9,571 nucleotides of DNA from an uncultured archaeon (GTDB taxonomy: Archaea > Asgardarchaeota > Jordiarchaeia > Jordiarchaeales > Jordiarchaeaceae): the NCBI GenBank assembly GCA_964510585.1, contig CAZECW010000214.1, positions 1-9,571 of the forward strand. Direction: 5' to 3'. Made by a program: the position numbers and the translations under genes. Below the pieces are notes generated by a model. The model was given only the letters and a program-made list of their open reading frames with translations, searched no databases and was not told the DNA's origin. Positions within the stretch are counted from its first letter, which is position 1, and every line of letters starts with the position of its first letter. Shown in pieces: positions 5,134 through 9,571 of the stretch.

Positions 5134-6489
5134 TTACCAAATCACTTCTTTGGGGGAGGCTCTGGCAAAGCTCCAGATAAAAACAAGGAACCAAAGTAAT
5201 ACAGTTACAGCCACGGCAGAGGTCATTATTATGCTGTTTGTTTGTATAAGGTACCATATTTGAAATGTTAGGTTAAGGTAGATTGTGTTTCCCGTGTCTA
5301 TGAAGAAGTATACCAGTACTTTGGGAATTTCATGAATGGGAATGTATAAGTTTGACCAGTAATGATACGGAACCCACTTTATTACCAAATCTAGCAGGGT
5401 ATAAAGGTATAGTGATAAGTATTTTGGTATTGTGGCTAGTTGGATTATGAATTTGCCTGTGAAATAATCTACTCCCAGAAAGGATCCCGCGAATATGAAG
5501 CCCACCAGCGAAGGGTTGAACCCAGTTCCTCTTTGAACCCCCTTAACTAGACAAACCAAAGTCACGAAACCTATTATTCCGAGGCAAGCATAATTAATAT
5601 AGTTGAAAAGGAGCTCTGGATCTCCTCCCCAAGTGACATAGCCTGAGGGACTCAAGCCTGGAAAATAGATGTAGGGAACAGTCAGGTACGCTAAAATTAG
5701 GAAAACGATGAACTCAAAAATTGCGAGTAACCTGTAAGGCACCTCGGTCATTTTTATACCATATGTTTGCGCTTCGAATTCTCCTGCTCCCGCAAATATT
5801 AGCCAGATTATGGAGCCAATTGCTAACGCGTCAACTATGCACATTGAGACCACGTACACCATAATCATGGTGTTTGTCCATATGCCCCAAATCCAATTCG
5901 CCAGAAGGGCGAAGATTTGTTCACGGTAAAAAATATATGCGGCGTAGGCAGGCAGAGGGCAAATCATAAGCACCAGGAGAGCTCCATAAGCTATGCGGAT
6001 GTCTCTGCTCGCCTTCCAAACCCATTCACTCCTAGTTATGATTCTACCCGCAAGGATAATTCCTGCAAAGACGCTTAGAATAGGCGAAATTGTGGGAAGA
6101 ACAAAAAACAGGATAACTATTAGGGCGTTGAAACCATAGAAAATCCGGTAGCGGAGGGGAATAATTGTAGAACTGCTATTCATTATGGAAAAGGTGTTGG
6201 CAAGCCTTGTCCTATTTATAACTATGAACAAGAGCCAAGGAAGAGAGAAAAAGATTGGGACAACCACATAATTCATAAGATAATCAGTACGATTAAAAAC
6301 TTGAAAAGCTTGAATAAAAAATTGATACACAGGAACATTAGCCAGGAACGGGTCTATGGGGAAGGGATACTGGTAAATTTTGTAGGGCGAGATAGCAAAA
6401 AGAAAGGCAAAGTATACTGGCAAACCTAAGGCGCAGATAACAACCAGCAACCTAACGGCTAAAACGCCACCAATCCTTCTACTCACCAC
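5134..6489 (-). CDS. Polytopic integral membrane protein of unknown function (about 10-12 hydrophobic segments)
   Basis: 451-aa ORF dominated by long hydrophobic runs; GTG start with GGAGG (6499-6495) 5 nt upstream; no recognised family motif. Confidence 0.8.
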   Translation of the reverse strand: MVSRRIGGVLAVRLLVVICALGLPVYFAFLFAISPYKIYQYPFPIDPFLANVPVYQFFIQAFQVFNRTDYLMNYVVVPIFFSLPWLLFIVINRTRLANTFSIMNSSSTIIPLRYRIFYGFNALIVILFFVLPTISPILSVFAGIILAGRIITRSEWVWKASRDIRIAYGALLVLMICPLPAYAAYIFYREQIFALLANWIWGIWTNTMIMVYVVSMCIVDALAIGSIIWLIFAGAGEFEAQTYGIKMTEVPYRLLAIFEFIVFLILAYLTVPYIYFPGLSPSGYVTWGGDPELLFNYINYACLGIIGFVTLVCLVKGVQRGTGFNPSLVGFIFAGSFLGVDYFTGKFIIQLATIPKYLSLYLYTLLDLVIKWVPYHYWSNLYIPIHEIPKVLVYFFIDTGNTIYLNLTFQIWYLIQTNSIIMTSAVAVTVLLWFLVFIWSFARASPKEVIW

Positions 6490-6550
6490 TCAGGCCTCCA
6501 AGTAAGTGAAGTGAGCTTAAAACAATATTACCTTTAATAAGGAGCTTCAC

Positions 6551-6567
6551 TATAATAAAAGGTTTCC
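6551..6567 (-). promoter_or_regulatory. Candidate BRE/TATA promoter for the membrane-protein gene
   Basis: Minus strand reads GGAAACC-TTTTATTATA about 60-75 nt upstream of GTG 6489. Motif match only. Confidence 0.3.
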
Positions 6568-6670
6568 GTTTACCCAAAGGAATTAAAAATTAACGAGACA
6601 CGCAAACATCAAAAAACTACAAAAATAGTTTGGGGGTGTACATATAATGTAACAAAATTCCAATTTCATT

Positions 6671-7198
6671 CTATTTTGGCTTTAGCACGAATTCCCATTC
6701 ACACCAAATTTTTTCGCTATGCTTATCTGGGGGGCATACGATACAGTTCACTTCTATTTCCGGATTGAAAGCTTTGGCAAACTCCTTGAGGTAGGCCCAT
6801 CTAACCTTTTTGCAGGGAAATTCACTTAGACCCTTCCTAGCTCTGGCCTTTTGGGTGCGGCAACTGGTGACCCTAAACACCGCTTGGTCTGAGGAAACTT
6901 GCCACTCCTTCGCCTCTTGGTACAAAGCCCAGCTAGTAGCCCTCAAAGCCTTAATAAAGGACTCTAAATCCCTACTTTTCAGCTCTAAAAGTTCGGACAA
7001 GTCTCTGGCCTCCATCTTGGCTAAACTACTCCAACAGTTTCTATCTATGTTCGTAGCGGCGTCGGTACCAAAACTTTCCTCTATTCCCAGAAAATAGAGT
7101 CCGTCCACTCTCCAAATGTTACTTATTTGCAGAGAAAGAAGATTAACAAGCTTTTCTTTGGGTAGACTTTGCAACCAAACTGCATCCTCGTCATTCAT
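6671..7198 (-). CDS. DUF6125-like protein (Cys-containing; probably V4R/ATC-hydrolase-like superfamily)
   Basis: IWRVDGLYFLGIEESFGTDAATNIDRNCW and CRTQKARARKGLSEFPCK...CIVCPPD...WCEWEF match the family pattern as recalled. GGTGAG RBS 5 nt before ATG 7198. Confidence 0.72.
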   Translation of the reverse strand: MNDEDAVWLQSLPKEKLVNLLSLQISNIWRVDGLYFLGIEESFGTDAATNIDRNCWSSLAKMEARDLSELLELKSRDLESFIKALRATSWALYQEAKEWQVSSDQAVFRVTSCRTQKARARKGLSEFPCKKVRWAYLKEFAKAFNPEIEVNCIVCPPDKHSEKIWCEWEFVLKPK

Positions 7199-7439
7199 AC
7201 CTACTCACCGCAAAGAAGATGCCTCATTCCATAATAAATATCTTTGCTTAAATTATTCAGACTCAAAAATACACACAGGCTAGCAATCTCATACAGTTCC
7301 CAGAGTGTTCCTTCTGGATATGTTACTTTAGAAAAAGGTTTGCTGGATTAAACAGTCTCAGCGATGGAGCTTTATTCGATGCCTCTTTTGAATTCTATAA
7401 ACTTAGTGCAGTTTTTACCAGTAATCTTTTAATTCGGAA

Positions 7440-7928
7440 GTGAATCCTTTATGGGTGGAGGTATCTAAAATTAGAGACGGAAAACATGTTCTAATAATTG
7501 GTGTAGGCAACCTGTTGCTCGGTGACGAAGGGGTAGGGGTGCATATAGTTGAGAAGTTAATGGAGATGAGTTTACCACCCGGTGTTGAAGTTGTGGATGG
7601 TGGTACTGGTGGTATTTCACTTCTTAATCTAATGGAGGAAGCAGACAAAGTAATCATAGTAGATGCTGTTTTGGGTGGTGGTGCGCCGGGAGAAATTTAC
7701 GTGGTGGGGAAGGATAGGTTGATGAATGGTAAGATTAAATTTTTTTCTCTACACGAACTGGACTTGTTATCCGCTCTCAGGATTGGTAAGGAGCTAGGTA
7801 AACTGCCCCCAGAACTGGTGTTGGTGGGGGTGGAACCCAAAAATTATGGGGAGTTTAACATGGAGCTTTCTCCGGAGGTAAGGGCTGTTGTTCCCAAGGT
7901 GATTAAGGTGATACTTGAACTCCTCTAA
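7440..7928 (+). CDS. [NiFe]-hydrogenase maturation endopeptidase (HyaD/HybD/HycI family); start uncertain
   Basis: VLIIGVGNLLLGDEGVGVHIVE, EVVDGGT, VIIVDAV, SLHEL, LVLVGVEP; the Glu/Asp/His metal-ligand triad of HybD-type enzymes appears present. Confidence 0.92.
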   Translation: MNPLWVEVSKIRDGKHVLIIGVGNLLLGDEGVGVHIVEKLMEMSLPPGVEVVDGGTGGISLLNLMEEADKVIIVDAVLGGGAPGEIYVVGKDRLMNGKIKFFSLHELDLLSALRIGKELGKLPPELVLVGVEPKNYGEFNMELSPEVRAVVPKVIKVILELL

Positions 7929-7993
7929 TTTTTAGCCTCTTTCGTGGATAGTTTTTTTAACTAGTTTTAATTTTCTTTTTTTGGTGGCTCTTT

Positions 7994-8773
7994 ATGTCGC
8001 TTTTTAGAGAAAAGCTTGAAAAATGTGCTAGGGAGAAGGAGAGCCGTGTGATTCTAGCTCTTGACCTATCCTTGCCGGTTGGAGAGAAAGACTTTAAGAA
8101 GAAACTTTTGAAGAAGGCACGTTGGGTTTTGAGTGAGGTTAGTGAGTATGTTGCAGGTATTAAGGTAAACTTTCAGTTGTTGCTTCCCCTGGGACTTTTT
8201 GATGGCCTTCAATTGCTGATTAGGGATGCTTCTGGTTATGGTCTTCCGCTCATTGCAGATTTTAAGCTTAACGATGTTGAGCATACCAATGAGTGGGCTT
8301 CCCGCCACTTCTTCGATGCGGGTTTTGATGCTCTAATTGCCAATCCCTTTGTGGGTTGGAAAGGAGGTCTAGAAACAGTTTTTGGTGTGGCCAAGAAGTC
8401 GGAGAGGGGTGTTATCCTCTTAGTGTATATGTCTCATCCGGGCGCCAATGAGGGCTATGGCCAGAGAGTAGTTGGAGAGGATGGAACCATAAGCTTCCAA
8501 TACGAGGTTTTTGCTGAGAGAGCTAAATCTTGGGGAGCTGACGGAGTTGTAGTTGGCGCAACACAGCCCAAAATGGTTGAGAGGGTTTACCAAATCGTTG
8601 GGAGAAAAATTCCCATATTTAGCCCGGGCATTGGCATCCAGGGAGGCGTAATCAGCGAGGCTTTCAGAGCAGGCACCACCTACGCGATTGTGGGGCGCTC
8701 AATATATGAGTCAGAAGATCCCCGAAAAGCTGCAGTGGAGATAAAGGAAAAAATCAATGAAGTAGTAAAATAA
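7994..8773 (+). CDS. pyrF: Orotidine-5'-phosphate decarboxylase
   Basis: VILALD, GIKVN, catalytic DFKLND (DxKxxD), DGVVVGAT, PGIGIQGG, IVGRSIY. GGTGG RBS at 7983-7987. Confidence 0.95.
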   Translation: MSLFREKLEKCAREKESRVILALDLSLPVGEKDFKKKLLKKARWVLSEVSEYVAGIKVNFQLLLPLGLFDGLQLLIRDASGYGLPLIADFKLNDVEHTNEWASRHFFDAGFDALIANPFVGWKGGLETVFGVAKKSERGVILLVYMSHPGANEGYGQRVVGEDGTISFQYEVFAERAKSWGADGVVVGATQPKMVERVYQIVGRKIPIFSPGIGIQGGVISEAFRAGTTYAIVGRSIYESEDPRKAAVEIKEKINEVVK

Positions 8774-8826
8774 TTTAATTAAAAAGCAGGTTTGGAATCT
8801 TTTTTCTAAATTCTTTAGTTTTGTCT

Positions 8827-9351
8827 TTATTTATTTTGTTGGGTGGCTGGTTTTTTTATGGTTTTTATTATTTCTTCGAGTTTCTGGAGAAGTTCTGGAT
8901 AAACTTTTTTGTAGTCTTCTAGTTCCTGTCCTGTTTCTTCCACGAAGTTGATGAATTCCCTTATGGCCTTAATCTTTTTGTCAAAATTTATTGCCAGTTC
9001 GTTTTCCCGCCTTATCAGTGTTTCCATGTCTATCAGTCCTTCGAGGGCGTTTCTGAGGTAAAAGAAGGTTTCCTCCGCGTTGGTGGCAGTAATGGCTTGT
9101 TTAACCCAGAATAGGTGGGAAAAAAACTCGTTAATGGCCCTCTTTCTTAATTCTAGGTACTCAATTATTCTCTGAACATACATACGGGTGTCCTCTGCCA
9201 TTTCCAAGTATTTTTCGGCGTGTTCCCTGATAGCTTCTGCCGACTCTATCTCCCCGTTGAATCTTTTTCTTATCTCGTCGGTTAGCCTTTGACACAATTC
9301 CAAGTACTCTTGAACCTGCTTCTTTTGCGCTTCCTCCAATTTACTTCCCAA
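8827..9351 (-). CDS. Hypothetical all-alpha / coiled-coil protein
   Basis: 174-aa ORF, E/K/L/I-rich with amphipathic helical pattern and almost no Pro/Gly; TTG start after GCTGAT-AGGT. Confidence 0.75.
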   Translation of the reverse strand: MGSKLEEAQKKQVQEYLELCQRLTDEIRKRFNGEIESAEAIREHAEKYLEMAEDTRMYVQRIIEYLELRKRAINEFFSHLFWVKQAITATNAEETFFYLRNALEGLIDMETLIRRENELAINFDKKIKAIREFINFVEETGQELEDYKKVYPELLQKLEEIIKTIKKPATQQNK

Positions 9352-9463
9352 ACCTATCAGCTATGCCTTACTATTTATCTTTAACCAGACACCAAAGTTG
9401 AAACCAAATTTTACCTAGTCTTTTTGGGCGTAAAAAGTTTCTGGTGCAATTTGAACCGAAAAA

Positions 9464-9524
9464 TTGGAGTAGTGCTTCTGCAAGTAAATAACTAGTGATA
9501 AAAATGCCAGAAACACTACTCCAA
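9464..9524 (-). repeat. 17-bp inverted repeat / RNA stem-loop (27-nt loop)
   Basis: TTGGAGTAGTGCTTCTG (9464-9480) versus CAGAAACACTACTCCAA (9508-9524): 16/17 Watson-Crick; the single mismatch is a U-G wobble on the minus-strand RNA. Confidence 0.75.
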
Positions 9525-9569
9525 ACTGTTATTCTCATCCTGCCCATTTATGTTTTGCTGACCCTGCTG
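9516..9569 (-). CDS. Possible 3' end of an upstream minus-strand gene (partial; QQGQQNINGQDENNSLE*)
   Basis: Open minus frame from the window edge to TAG at 9516-9518; low-complexity Q/N tail. Only 17 codons are visible and the other two minus frames stop earlier. Confidence 0.35.
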   Translation of the reverse strand, partial: QQGQQNINGQDENNSLE

Positions 9570-9571
9570 AT

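Noticed and set aside
6810-8308. ORFs 6810-7097 (+), 7415-7657 (-), 8066-8308 (-)
   Set aside because: Each is antisense to a confidently identified gene.
8827-9351. Ferritin-like or ESCRT-III assignment for the helical protein
   Set aside because: No paired ExxH motifs, and no basic N-terminal / acidic C-terminal ESCRT-III pattern or MIM motif.
9464-9524. SECIS element in the hairpin
   Set aside because: No AUGA/GA kink-turn core with apical AA on the minus strand, and no in-frame UGA selenoprotein candidate is visible.
1-9571. tRNA, rRNA or C/D-box sRNA genes
   Set aside because: No cloverleaf/T-loop context was seen; isolated TGATGA (minus, 4465-4470) and CTGA hits lack properly spaced partner boxes.

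Overview
Archaeal genomic window, most likely from an Asgard archaeon. That assignment is an inference from a gelsolin-like gene, archaeal-type TrmI/PyrF, and GGTGA/GGAGG ribosome-binding sites with several TTG/GTG starts. Bases 1-139 are the right end of an IS200/IS605-family element: GAAT guide, bulged TTTA-loop hairpin, terminal TCAA, and a densely structured upstream segment consistent with a TnpB omegaRNA scaffold. The element appears to have inserted into and truncated a DrrA-like ABC ATPase gene (120-860, -). Next come a 656-bp intergenic region with a ~93% AT island and a 30-bp tandem duplication, a gelsolin-domain / Pro-rich linker / unknown-domain protein (1517-2332), and an AmmeMemoRadiSam radical SAM gene closely linked to trmI. 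The rest holds a small conserved archaeal protein, an orphan polytopic membrane protein, a DUF6125-like protein, a lone hydrogenase maturation protease, pyrF, an all-helical orphan protein and a 17-bp stem-loop near the right edge. No tRNA, rRNA or CRISPR array was seen. All family assignments come from motif recognition by eye; no database search was run.
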